This document shows, piece by piece, positions 10,375 to 22,672 of a stretch of 34,501 nt of DNA (within the stretch, counting starts at the first letter, position 1; each line of letters begins with the position of its first letter). The position numbers were made by a program, and so were the translations under genes. The notes beneath the pieces were generated by a model that did no database searches, was not told where the DNA came from, and worked only from the letters and a program-made list of their open reading frames with translations. Location of the stretch: positions 48,686,557 through 48,721,057 of the forward strand of contig NC_068988.1 of assembly GCF_001194135.2 (NCBI RefSeq). Reading direction: 5' to 3'. Origin of the DNA: Octopus bimaculoides. Taxonomy: Eukaryota.

Positions 10375-10676
10375 AATTCACAGCACAGCAACAATACGTG
10401 TGACATACCATTTAAGACAATCTTTTGCACTTCCTGCATGGATGGTAAGCCAGAGATCATTGTTAAATAATTTTCAGTTCTATTTTTTCATCATTATAAA
10501 TGCTCCTACAATCACTGGTATTGTAGCCGTCTTGAGATGCCACATCTTTTTGATTTCGATTAGGAAGTCTTTATATTTTCGGTGCTTATCAAATTCTTTT
10601 ACCAAGATATTATGATCACAAGGTATGCTCTTGTCAGTCAATAAACAGGCTTTATTGACTTTGTTTTGATGGTTCG
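10375..10676 (-). mobile_element. R4/Dong-clade LINE fragment: C-terminal restriction-like endonuclease region
   Basis: Minus frames read KACLLTDKSIPCDHNILVKEFDKHRKYKDFLIEIKKMWHLKTATIPVIVGAF then ISGLPSMQEVQKIVLNGMSHVL. This matches the R4/Dong C-terminus pattern (D..IP.D.N...KE..K..KY.DL..EI..MW...T.V.PV.VGALG...Q..V..GT.H.L). Confidence 0.85.
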
Positions 10677-10711
10677 TATTATCATTATTATTATTATTAT
10701 TATTATTATTA
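10677..10711. repeat. (ATT)n tract at the 5' junction of the Dong fragment
   Basis: Direct reading. Confidence 0.95.
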
Positions 10712-10716
10712 CTACA

Positions 10717-10910
10717 ATGGCAACAAGCTGATACAAACGTTGCTGTACCGCACAAAATACTAAGCTGCATTTCGTTCTGGATTCAAATTTCGCCGAGGGC
10801 AACCTTGCCTTTATTTCTTTCGGGATAGCAGTTGAGTATTGGAAATAGCTGCAAACGAGTAGGCACCTCCCCAAAATTTAAGGCGTGTGCCTATTGTTGA
10901 AAAGATTAAT
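10717..10910 (+). mobile_element. degenerate SINE (family A)
   Basis: ggcaacaagctgatacaaacg...ggattcaaatttcgccgagggcaaccttgcctttat...cctccccaaaatttaaggc. A further 23-bp head fragment lies at 10929-10951. Confidence 0.7.
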
Positions 10911-12979
10911 TTGTATCATTTTTATTACAAGGGTGACGAGCTGGTAGAATCTTTACTGCAAAATCTCTTCTGGTTTTACGCAAGAAGGTTTATTATTATT
11001 ATTGTGTTTCCTGAACAATTTTCTAATATAAGACCCGCTTGTTTTGTAGTTGTTTTGATACTTATTAATACATCCAATATATTTATCGCATAAATGATTT
11101 GGATACATAACTTCATCTATACCATCAAGCACTACCACTTTTCATATTTCCATAATTCCAATGTTTCTTACTCTCTGCACAAATATTGGTTAGGAGGTTT
11201 TCTCAATCTACATTCTGTTTATTCCAACAGGGGACGTGTATGTCATTTCATCGTTTCGAACTTAATATCTTATTTACGACACATTTCCAAATGCAATAAA
11301 CACTTTGATTAACTTTTTATTTTATTTAGTAAATACTTGTGTAGCAGTTCTTATACTATAGATATGCCCTTATTTTCTATAACTATTTCTAACAAACAAC
11401 ACCATTTTAAATTGTCAGTTTAAAAGCGCTATTTTATATCAATTTCTAACATAAACCTTATGATTAAAGGCAGATTAAGCTCCTACCAACATGGATTACG
11501 TCCCTTCCATTCCGTATTTTAAAAGTCTTGCGAAATATTTAATATAACCGCCTTCCAATCATTATACTTTGTTATCTTTACTTTTTCTCCGTATTTTCAC
11601 TTTCGATTTTCACTTCTTGGGATGTCTTTTACCTGCGTATATTACAGTTTGAAAAGCTAGTTTTTAAGTGAAAGCTTGAAATCAATATCCCCGTATTAAT
11701 TCTAATTCTATTTTATGAATACACTTCTTTATCATAAAATATTATCGTTTCTATTACTAAAAAAATTGTATCTTTTAAGACATGGTTGTTTTAAACAAAG
11801 ACTCTTTAAAAAAAAGACAGCAAAATCTAATGTATTTTTGTTTTAAACACATCCTGTTACCTTCAAATAAAATTTACATTAAATGTTTACAAGAGAAAAT
11901 TTCAAGATTTCCGAAAGGTTTCGGTAGAATATATATTTCTTTAAAAATGTTCGCTTGCGGATACAGAAATATCTATAAAATAGGAAAACATCCTACTCCA
12001 TATTATTTATTACAACTTTTGGAATGATGTATTTTTTATGTGATTAGAAATATCAAAGTTCTAAGAAATATCAACCTGTTCTAGAAAGAACAATTTTAAG
12101 AAGTTAAAATTATGAAAACAGTGTATTGAGTAAAACTGATAAAGCCAAAAATGTATATAAAATTAACAAACAACCTTTTCCTTTCTTATGTTCTATACAG
12201 AGAGCACATTTATTATTGCAACGTAACTTTAAGCCTGAAACTACTTATGTTTTCTTCCTTATAAAACTTCATAACGTTTTGAACAAAAAGCTTCAATATA
12301 TTTATAAGTAACCAAATATTCTCCATAGGAATATTAAGTACTCTGTTTGAAACAGCTATAAGATTATATACTTTATCACCAAATGAACACTTTTTTAATG
12401 AGACATCCGACTGTTACATCGAAGTTCTCAGCAGATATGACGACATTACAAAACTAAAATATAACATGAATAGCGCCAGCATACATGAAACATTGTAAGA
12501 GGTATAATCTACTCTTTAATTTTCAAGTTCTAACAACATTTATTTACATTTATTTGGAAACATTTCCATCCAAATGGCAAATACCATAAGCTATTTTACC
12601 AAAAATATTAACATATTTTATTCAATAACTTACAGTTTTTATATTCATAAGTCTCGCAAAATAAAACACATTCAGAAAATAAGAATGCTCAAAATGTTAT
12701 TTGCTTCAAGTTTATTACTTCTGCTTTACAAATAAACTGTAAGTTAAAATCAACAAGCCTATTGTATCGTATGAAGTACGGTCAGTCATAAATCGATACG
12801 TATTTGATACATTGATTTTAGCGTCAACTCCTTAAAAATATTAACAATGGTCACACTTTTCGAAATGAAAACAGATAAATATACACACACACACACACAC
12901 ACACATATGACAGCATTAGTCGATACATCTGCGCTCTAAAATCAACGACAATTTTTTTTTTAATATTTTCTACTTTGTT

Positions 12980-13198
12980 AGAGCAGTTACCTTGCAGAAT
13001 CGTCACCGCGCGAGGAAAATGCTTAGCAGTATTTCTTCCGACCTTACATTCCAAGCTGAAATGCTGCCGGGGTTGATTTGCCTTCCATCTTTTCGGAGTC
13101 AATAAAATTAGTACCAGTTGACCAATGGGGTCGATGTAAATGATTCCACCCTCACCCACTACTGCTGGCCTTATTCCACAATTTGAATCCAATATTAT
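12980..13198 (+). mobile_element. near full-length SINE (family A)
   Basis: ttgcagaatcgtcacc...aaatgcttagcagtattt...gccttccatcttttcggagtcaataaaattagtaccagttgaccaatggggtcgatgtaa...atttgaatccaatattat. Confidence 0.8.
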
Positions 13199-13623
13199 CT
13201 ACTTTGATACGCCTCGTATTACTGACAGCAAAAAGCAAAATTTTTAATTTAAAGGTTTTATTTTGTTCATTAAAAATGCTATTTTTAATTTTAAAAATGC
13301 ACAATCAGTCTAAGTATAAAAATTCATTTAAAGTTGTGCAATCCTTTTAACTTTACCTCTATATTCATTCAAAGCTATTTGGTGCTTCAATAAAAGAAAA
13401 TATGTATATTTAGATTTTCTATCTTAGTGAAGGCTTAATAAATTGTATTTTAATATTAACTAAACTTGTTTATTGAAAAAGATACTTCGTTTCACAATCT
13501 GCAAAGTCACTATACACACTGCAGTATGCTTACGTTTATTGTGAATGATTACTTCATACATAAACAACTTTCCTTGCCAACATTCTGTGTTGAGTATTAT
13601 AATGTGTGTTTCTGTTTGTGCAG

Positions 13624-13655
13624 GTGAATTGCATTTGATTGGCAAATACTTTCAG
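13624..13655 (+). CDS. candidate 32-nt exon (unverified)
   Basis: gtgtttctgtttgtgcag|GTGAATTGCATTTGATTGGCAAATACTTTCAG|gtatgt. Both splice sites are near consensus; a single frame is open, (x)ELHLIGKYFQ. Confidence 0.3.
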
Positions 13656-15769
13656 GTATGTTGGATCGTCAGCTGATAGCAGCCTGAAATTATCCGTGTG
13701 TTAACACTAGAGTTTCGTAAATAGCTTTCAGGTGGTTAAAACAAATATCCTTGGAATCTATTACACCCTTCCACATACAAAGTCCGAATGTCTTTTAACC
13801 GTTAGTATAGTTGAGAACGTGTATGGAGCACTATGAATTAAGTTTCGGAGAAATATTACCGGAGTTCAAATGGAGAAATATTCCGGGAGCTCATACGGTG
13901 TTGCACTATCGGTCGCATGAAGATCATAATCGGTTGTAGCTCTCACTTTCTGGTAAAGCAATGGCCTCTCTGCAAACGAGTCACGTAACGATAATCTGTG
14001 GTATTCCAAGGAGTTATCTTTCCTCACCGGTTATTAGTCAATGATTGGCAAGTATAACTTTCGGTTAAGTTGCAATACAAGATTCTTCTCATCGGTTTTA
14101 TCGCAAAAAGCTATAAGATTGATGGATAGAATTTATTAAATGACATTTTCCGCGTTGTTTATATCAAAATCACTTCTTGATGACACAGGTGAATTTCAAG
14201 CTATTCTGCGCAAGAATTTTTTTTCTGAACGGTGGCCTCAAAATCTTACACGAATGTGATTATCTGATGTATCATAGAGAAAAAATTATGAATTCTAAGT
14301 AAATCCTTTCTCTTCTATATCTTGTCACTTGCGTGTAACATTGGTACGAATGTTTCGACATTTTATTTGTTATGTCATAAATAATAAGTTAGTTTTTTTT
14401 TTAATAATTTTCTCCGCGCATTAAATTTTACAAATATTTTCTTACGACATCATTCTAAAATTTGAATTATTTTGTTACTATTAGTCAGAAATTTTATCTG
14501 AATAACAAAAGAGTTCTTTATATCTTACATATAACAAAAAAATATTTTTCTGTTATCATATTTCATTATGCTCCAACATATATTCTATTTAATGAAATAA
14601 TAACACTTTATGAAGTTGCACTTTATATAGTCAAGATTCCGTTTTACTATAACAATGTGTCTTTTGGACGATTTTGAAGGCTATCTGAGCATGTAACAGA
14701 CATAGAAACCGATTGACGAATGACTGGAGAAACACAGCTCTTAATGTAATCTAAAAAGGAAAATTTTTCCCGTCGATAAATTGTACCAGTTGGAAGGTCT
14801 ATCAGATTTGAGTTAGTTTCATATGAAATTCTATATTCCAAATTCAAATTACCTAATTAAAATATTGAAACGATTTCGCACAGATTCTGGAGACCTCGTA
14901 ATTATTCTAAAGTTAAATTTGCTTAAAGAGAGCATTTTATTGTTCACACATCAACAATCGCTCTGTGTGTACTAGTAGTGTCATAATAAGCTTCACATAT
15001 TTCGAATCTCTTATTTCACTTTCCATCGAAATAGACTCTTTGAAATTCAAGTACATTGTTGCACAAATTAATAGTATATTTCTATAACATCCACGGCGTT
15101 TTCAATTTATATGAATTTTCCATCTTTCTAACAATTTCTTAATGAGAATTGGTATATTATTAACCTATAAATTTGATCTTTACAGAGTTTTGTTCTTTAC
15201 TCTATTAATCAAATGCAGAGAAACGTGGATATAGATTTCTATATTTATTGTCATATCTATTTCCTTATTTAATTGTTCAATCCTTACATTGTAAATTAAT
15301 ATTATAAGTATAACTCCTGCCTTTATTTTAGCTCCGATGTTTGTGTATCAAGATTAATTTTCTTTCCTAAAAAAACTATTTCTACTTTCTCATTTCATTG
15401 CTCATTTTCTGTATACCATTGATTTCTAAATAATTATTTTGCAACCTCTTGCATTTTTCCTGAAATATTGAACCTGATAAAAGTTTATAGAATACCTTCT
15501 TACCACGATTCCCTAAATCGATGTCAATTCATTCCATTTTCAATAACGCGCTCTCTTTCAGATTTTACATCAGCAAAATACTTATTTACGATTTTACCTG
15601 ATATATCATGTTTTATGCATTGTCATCATATTTGTAGCACCATAGTTCAAACACGTTTCAGAACATTCTCAGTAACTGATTGCGACGTATACACATACAG
15701 AATATGTATATCACATATACTCGCATTTACTGGTTATATTTTTCAAGCGCTATATCTCGTTTACTCGAA

Positions 15770-16520
15770 ACTAGCAGACGTACCCGGCGTTGTCCGGGGC
15801 TGTTTGTTATGTATGCCTGTTTGGTTATTAGACCATTCACGGATGCATCTCTGAATGAAAGAAATAATGGCAGATGTTCCCTGCGTCGTTTGATTTATTT
15901 AGCGCAATAGTGAACATGCAGAGTCATACGCTCACAACATTGTCATTGTTTTCCATTGGGACAATAGGTCGATCTGTAAAATCCGGCAGTATTTGAGTTT
16001 ATTTGTTCCACTTCCTCCCTTTTCTTCTCTCTACCACTCCTCGTTGATCACATGTGACCTGTGGTCACCTCTTCCTTTCTCCCTTCAGCCAGCATTAATG
16101 CAAGACGAAACTACTGTCTCACTCCGTTCAGCTTCGTCACATCACAGTGTTCAATATCTCATCGCGTTCGGCCCAACGGCCTTTAATGTTGTTTTCACTG
16201 TTTAATTTTTCCTGATTTGGTTTTTGTTTGCTACCTTGGAACCCTCCACTTAGCAGATTAATCCACTTCGCGGGAAGAGCTATTCTAAGAGCGCTTTCTG
16301 CCTCATCTTCGAAAAGCTTAGTTTAGAATACAGGCAGCTGATGAAGGAAAAGTTCCATAAGTGGCTCGTCTGTTTTCCTATGAGTTCATTCTGTTGTCCG
16401 TAAAAAAAGTCCGTTCATGTGCTTTGTTTATGTTCCCGTTCCTTTTTTGACGTCCTGTACCCGGATATGCATCTATATATACATGTAGATGTAGCTATGT
16501 ACATATATGTATGTATACAT
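15770..16520 (-). mobile_element. Helitron-type element; 3' terminus at 15770-15798, 5' end not located
   Basis: Minus strand reads cccgg-acaacg-ccggg-tacgtctg-CTAG|T, the canonical Helitron 3' end (GC hairpin, short spacer, CTAG, host T). Body is GC-richer than the flanks and ends in TA/TACA-rich sequence. The right boundary is approximate. Confidence 0.55.
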
Positions 16521-17197
16521 GCATATTCTCATATATCATTTGTATTATTATATATATAGGTATGTACATATATGTACGTATATATGCATATGTTTATACA
16601 TTATTTATATTATTATATTATCGAACGTCACGAATTACATGTCCGTCGTTTTTAGGAACCTACAATGCAAATTTACAATGCCATTATAGAGCCGAGAACA
16701 ATCAACAAAGGACAGAGTATATGGATTTGACTTACTCTGTAATTGGACCTCAACTTACTATATAGGGTTAATTGAAAAACTATCAATTGCTTTTTCTACC
16801 ATCGCAAGCTGAACGAAAACATCACTTTACTATTTAGAATCATTTGAAAATTAAATGATGCGAGAATAATTACAAATGTCACGTAGGCTATCAAAAAAAG
16901 GCGCAGTAGCATTGACCAGCTTCAGGGGTGAGCTCCAAATCAAGCCAGTCTTAAACAAAAAATCCGAACTCAGCTTAAAATAGCATTATACACAAATATT
17001 CCTTGTACTTATACTAGAATTCTCAGCGACATCCAAACCAGGATTACCAAAACACAGAAATGCCGTTCCATTAGATGTTCGCATTTACATAAGGATATTA
17101 CTTGCCTGATGTTCCATATAAGTGCAATCGTTCGTTGACGTCGACACACTTAGTTGAAAATCACCATAGCATATACATCCTTCTAAAGTTTACTCAC

Positions 17198-17234
17198 CTG
17201 CCATCACTAAAACAATAGCCCCATAGGTCCACAT
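17198..17234 (-). CDS. candidate first coding exon, signal-peptide-like (unverified)
   Basis: ATG at 17234 gives MWTYGAIVLVMA, then a phase-1 perfect donor CAG|gtgagt. There is an in-frame TAA upstream, and the other two frames are closed. Confidence 0.25.
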
Positions 17235-18396
17235 AAATACACTAATATCCAGTAACTCAATATTGAATGCACTAAGATCAATTTCTTACACTGGCGTTTA
17301 GTAGTTGCAATATTTGCGCATATGATTTATGAATTCGAGGGTTACCACAAAGCAGCTTCTCTGCCACTTCCTACTGAAAATTTGTGTTCCCATCTCTGGA
17401 TTCTTTCTTCTTATATGATCGTATCATTTTATACATGACCATATGCATGCATCTGAGTTTCAGTTCATCAAATGCCCCGCACACGCTCTTAATGGATGGC
17501 TGTCATGCGTTCTCGTTCTATTACAACAGTACTGAAAGAAAAACTGAGTGGTTTGTGTGTGTTCGTGTGTGTGTGTGTTTACGCGTGTATGTCTCTCATC
17601 AATAAACTGATTTAAAGATAGCAATGATATCCTAGATTTAGTTATAGTTAAAACATTGGTGGATATCAAATATAGTTAAATGTTAAAAGTTGGTCGATGT
17701 CACTCTGACAGTATCAGAATTGTTTTCTAACAAATAACGGGCTTCGAGATTGTAGATTCCAGACCATTACAACAAATCTTCTACGCAAATCTTAAACCTG
17801 CACCAAAGCTATCCTACCTATTAATCAATTTAGAATTCAAATCAGTCTCCACGGTATTAAATTTCTTTACCTCCGTTTAACAACATACTTTCTTTTTGCA
17901 AAATATCAAATAAACTCGGAAACAAATGGCCCTCCATTATGTACAACACACTGAATTCATATTTGAATCTAACTGAAATATAACAAAATAATTACCACGC
18001 ATGAGGAATACTGCTTCCTGATGTGTTACAAATATTGTGGAAACATGGCATATCTTGAATCTTATTTTTAAATTCATAACACCAGCATTCAAAGTTACAG
18101 CTTGGACAAAGCTCACGGCTAATCAGGCAAGGATGTTTTTGGAGAACAACGCACACTTTCTAAAAGTGATTCTCGGTTGTTGTGCAAATTAGTTCATATC
18201 TATGGTCACCTTCCGTATAATTGTTCCAGATTAAAAAAAAAAAACACTGCTCCAACGCGATAAATAGTCAACATCTCAATATGATATAAAGCGTAAATAG
18301 AAATTAGTAAAATACTTAGCTTTACCAAATCTTTCATCCCTCAAGTTAAGATAAATTGCTAAATGTAGTAATCATGCGTTTACCTTTGCTCTTTAG

Positions 18397-18476
18397 ATCA
18401 GTGACTACCTGACGTGGAATGCTTTCAATCGTTTTAGACAGTCAAGGCTCCAATTTACACAGCATTGCTGTCTGAA
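18397..18476 (+). CDS. candidate 80-nt exon (unverified)
   Basis: tttacctttgctctttag|ATCAGT...CTGAA|gtgagc. Only phase 0 is open: ISDYLTWNAFNRFRQSRLQFTQHCCL. Confidence 0.2.
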
Positions 18477-18976
18477 GTGAGCTGAACAGTTTGGTTAGTG
18501 CACTGTTAGAAGTTACGTCTATTTTGTGACAGATCTTAGTTATGCGTACATATTGTGTGGGTGTGTGGGTGTGTTTATGTTTGTGTATGTGTATTTCCTT
18601 GTGTATGTAAGAGTGAGTGAGAGAGAGAGAGAGATTTTGTTTGTGTTGAAGTCTTTTTTTATGTACTAGTTTACATATAGTATTCGTATACATATGATAT
18701 TCGTATACACATATACTTTTAAACAGACCCCCGTACATTCTCACATGCATGCTGATACACGCTTATGCATTCACCTACGTATATATGCACATGCCTATAT
18801 ATAAATGTGCACAAATATGGACATAGATACACATATGCGTACACTCCTAGTTATATGTAAACAATGTTGTAATACTCTTTATCAAGGAGATTAGACTATT
18901 AACCAGATACTTCAAAAGACACAGGCGCCTTAAAATAGCCTAATATGAAAATCAATATTTTGGAAACACACGCATA

Positions 18977-19040
18977 TGAGTGTGTGTGTGTGTGTGTGTA
19001 TGCATGTGTGTGTGTATGCGTGTGTGTGTGTATGTATGCG

Positions 19041-19082
<42 letters not shown>

Positions 19083-19090
19083 TGTGTGTG
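18977..19090. repeat. interrupted (GT)n microsatellite
   Basis: Direct reading. Confidence 0.9.
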
Positions 19091-20844
19091 AATCGTGAGT
19101 TTATTTACATTTCACATAAGACTGAAGAAGCAGATAATATTTCAAAGATAACAATCAATTAAATTTTATGGTGCTTCGGTTAGATATTGTTGCAGTAATC
19201 TATGGTATAAGTTCAAATCTACGGTCACTTTCTTCCTGCTTTTAACGAGGCCTTGTAGTAATTTAACCTCTCAATTTGTACGTGATATTCAACCTCATTA
19301 TTGGAAGGTCATTTGTTATAGTAAATAGAATTTACGAAATCTGTTGTGTACTGTTAATGAAGCTAGTAAGCCTTCGAATATTTTGTTAGTTTTTGTTTCT
19401 TATCACATATTCTATTGATGCTTTTGTCATTTTATAACTTTGAAATTGTAAGATGACCAGTATTTTAGCAAAACTAGCTGTTTTTACGCGCCACTCCTCT
19501 CCTCATTTCGGGAATTTGAAGTTTCCTGTCAGAGAAAAGTTCGTGGCAGGTTATTTTATATACTTTCTCTGCCTTTCACGCAGTAATCTCTGATGTACCT
19601 CCGAGTTCTTTAGTTCCACCCATACCTCGCAATTTGTTCATAAAGTTTGCGTGCCCTAGTTTTAACTTATCCAATATTCTTAATAATTAATACCACTCAT
19701 TATAAGTTTTTCGTGTATAAACTTCTAAATTATATTACCGATAAATTTCTTCTGGGAATTCATAGAAACTATGAAGAGAAGCTTTTAAAGTCCCTTTCAT
19801 TAGTATCATACAAAGCTAGCATCGTTCCAATGACCAACACACAAATACTATGTATATAAAAGAAAATCATGACTTTGAGTCCTACACTTACGATAAATGC
19901 ACGATTAAATCTCTGCACAATCACTTATCATTTTTCTTGAGAAACATACGAATACAACATAGCCGTGATTGAGTTATAAATTAATATTTCTCATAAAGGA
20001 GAGAGAGCATTTTGTAGAGGGTAAGTATAAGTGTTCAAACGGAACGAAAAAATGTCCATATTTAATAAATTTAATACAGTTTGAACTTATACAAATCTAT
20101 GATGGCAAATGATGAATTGGGTAGACGTAGTCTATCTATTTTTCTTGTAAATAAAGAGGAGGTGGGAAGGGTCCGTTCAGTGCACTAATATTTTGGGGTG
20201 ACTCATGAAGTTAGTTGAGTTTTGATTAATTGTTTAGCAAATGCCTTTGCTACCTCACGTTTATCTGTGCAAAATAAATGCTATTTATTCACTAGTCAAC
20301 ACAGGAAAACAAGAATGCTACTACCTCTAGGTTATCAGTGTTAGTGTATTCTCTCCCCTGAAACTGTTGTCAAGAACCCACTTAACACTTCATTTCTACT
20401 AATCCTCACTTATAAAGCTCTTTTGTCAACACACACAATTACTTCCTCGCTGTACTGCAGCACGCTGGAAATACTTGTCGCAATTTCATTGACCTCGTTA
20501 ACCCAAACATTGTCTATAAACAAGTAAAAACAAAACTGCTACTTAACTAACCACCCTACACTTATATACAATGTGTTGTGCATATAGACACAATTAAATG
20601 TATCAACAGAGAAAACAGTTTTGAATCTGTCATAAGCAAGCGTACAGGCATACTCACACACAAATACACACACACACACAAATACACACATTCTCAGATG
20701 CACGCAGTCACGAACACACGAACGTACACACATTGAATACCTATATTTTATTCACGTGAGCGTAAATACGTTTGTATACGTCTGTAATATTTGTGCCTTC
20801 TTTAATTCCAGGTCAAATATTTTAATGATCTGACTGGTTGTGCT

Positions 20845-20908
20845 CGGAATTCAAATTCTGCTAAGATTAAATTGCTGTTTCATTCTTTCGGGCTCGATGA
20901 AAGGTACG
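20845..20908 (+). mobile_element. SINE (family A) internal remnant
   Basis: ggaattcaaattctgctaagattaaattgctgtttcattctttcgggctcgatgaaaggtac aligns with gagttcaaattc...gcctttcatcctttcggggtcgataaattaagtac. Confidence 0.5.
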
Positions 20909-22033
20909 AATCCCAATCCTTTGGGATGGAAGAGTTTTAGGAATTGCAGCATGGATGCCTTAGTATTTATTCCAATACTACTACCTTGGATACCTTTGTT
21001 AGTACTGAGTACCTCTTCTCCATCACCAGTAATGAGCAGTGGTGACGGGGAAAAAAGCCCCTCTCACCGCTGCCTTTCTTTTATCGTTAAGTCCATCTTG
21101 AGTAAAAGATACAAAAATTATATTTCAACCTTAATCATATTTTCATCGATTATAATATATCCATAACTACATAAACGAAAAGTATTTCGTAATTTAGGGC
21201 CGGAAAGTCTGATTTCAAGGAGGCTTAGCTGCAATTTCTACCTGGTCAAGCGAACAGGTAATAGTTATCACCTTGATTCGTAATTGTGTCCTTAGTGATT
21301 ACGTGATAATGGATGTGTATATGTATACGCGTGTTTGTAAGTGAATGCATTGTATGCGGTTGGTATCGGATAATGTGATAAAGACTGAACAATATGACTG
21401 AATACTAGCATTTTCTAATGATGTTTCGTTGTCTTTAACCAAAGTTAAACCTTGACGAACGAGAAATTAAGGTTCATGAAGACGATAGACTTACAGATTT
21501 ACATCTACATATATTCACATACGCGAACGTATTAATACGTATTTAGGAACGTGCATAAACCTATAGGCATATATAAGGATACACGCTCACAGGAATATGC
21601 ATGCACAAATATAACATATGAGCTCACGCACAAAACACTCAGAAGACAAATTCGCGTACACATGCAGGCACAAACTTGAAAGCTTTCTTACATTAGCTGT
21701 TAGTAAATGAAATGGATAATGTAACAATTTTCCTCTTAGCTGTCCCTAAAATACCACTGTTAATTTATAGAATGGAAACTGAACAACAACTGCATTCAAG
21801 GAAATTAAAAAATATTAGATTTTCTCTTCAAGGCCAAAATAGAAATCTTATTTTCTACGAACGTCAGCTGATGTTACTCAGACATCCCAAATGCAATATC
21901 TTCGTTTAGATTCTGAGATTTTTTCCTTTACCAAAATATGGTTAAACTAAACCCAGCGAAGATTTGTTTGCCATAGGGTATTGCTAAGAATATAGTACCA
22001 CTGTATCTGAAGACCAAGTTATTCAAAATCAGC

Positions 22034-22077
<44 letters not shown>

Positions 22078-22262
22078 GGCATGAAATTTGGAGAAGACTA
22101 GTCGATTATAGCGACCCCAGTGCTTCACTGGTACTTAATTTATCGACCCCGAAAGGTTGAAATGTAAAGTCGACCTTAGCAGAATTTGAATCCAGAATGT
22201 AGCAACGATTGAAATACAGCTAAGCATTTTGTCCAACACGCTAACGATTCTGCCAGCTCGCC
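22034..22262 (-). mobile_element. full-length SINE (family A) with (ATT)n tail
   Basis: Reverse complement begins ggcgagctggcagaatcgttagcgtg... and contains ggggtcgataaattaagtaccag. The tail appears as (AAT)n at 22034-22077 on the plus strand. Confidence 0.9.
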
Positions 22263-22375
22263 AAGGTTATATGGCACCCTAGTCATAAAACCAACTTGAA
22301 GATCTAATTTCTTGTCACTTGAAGTCTCTGGGTGAGACTTAGAGTTAACTTGTACAAATACAATGTAAAAGCGAA

Positions 22376-22455
<80 letters not shown>
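22263..22455 (+). mobile_element. short LINE 3' end (Dong-like, inferred) plus (AAT)n tail
   Basis: About 115 bp homologous to 22740-22852 (shared tctctgggtgagac and aacttgtacaaat), followed by (AAT)n at 22379-22455. Confidence 0.65.
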
Positions 22456-22672
22456 GTACCTNNNNNNNNNNNNNNNNNNNNNNNNNNNNNNNNNNNNNNN
22501 NNNNNNNNNNNNNNNNNNNNNNNNNNNNNNNNNNNNNNNNNNNNNNNNNNNNNNNNNNNNNNNNNNNNNNNNNNNNNNNNNNNNNNNNNNNNNNNNNNNN
22601 NNNNNNNNNNNNNNNNNNNNNNNNNNNNNNNNNNNNNNNNNNNNNNNNNNNNNNNNNNNNNNNNNNNNNNNN

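Noticed and set aside
10452-10470. gagatcattgttaa resembles bantam
   Set aside because: Lies inside Dong coding remnant; partial match only.
20950-21166. MDALVFIPILLPWIPLLVLSTSS... looks like a signal peptide
   Set aside because: The ORF begins in a SINE remnant, has no splice support, and T-rich DNA yields hydrophobic peptides by chance.
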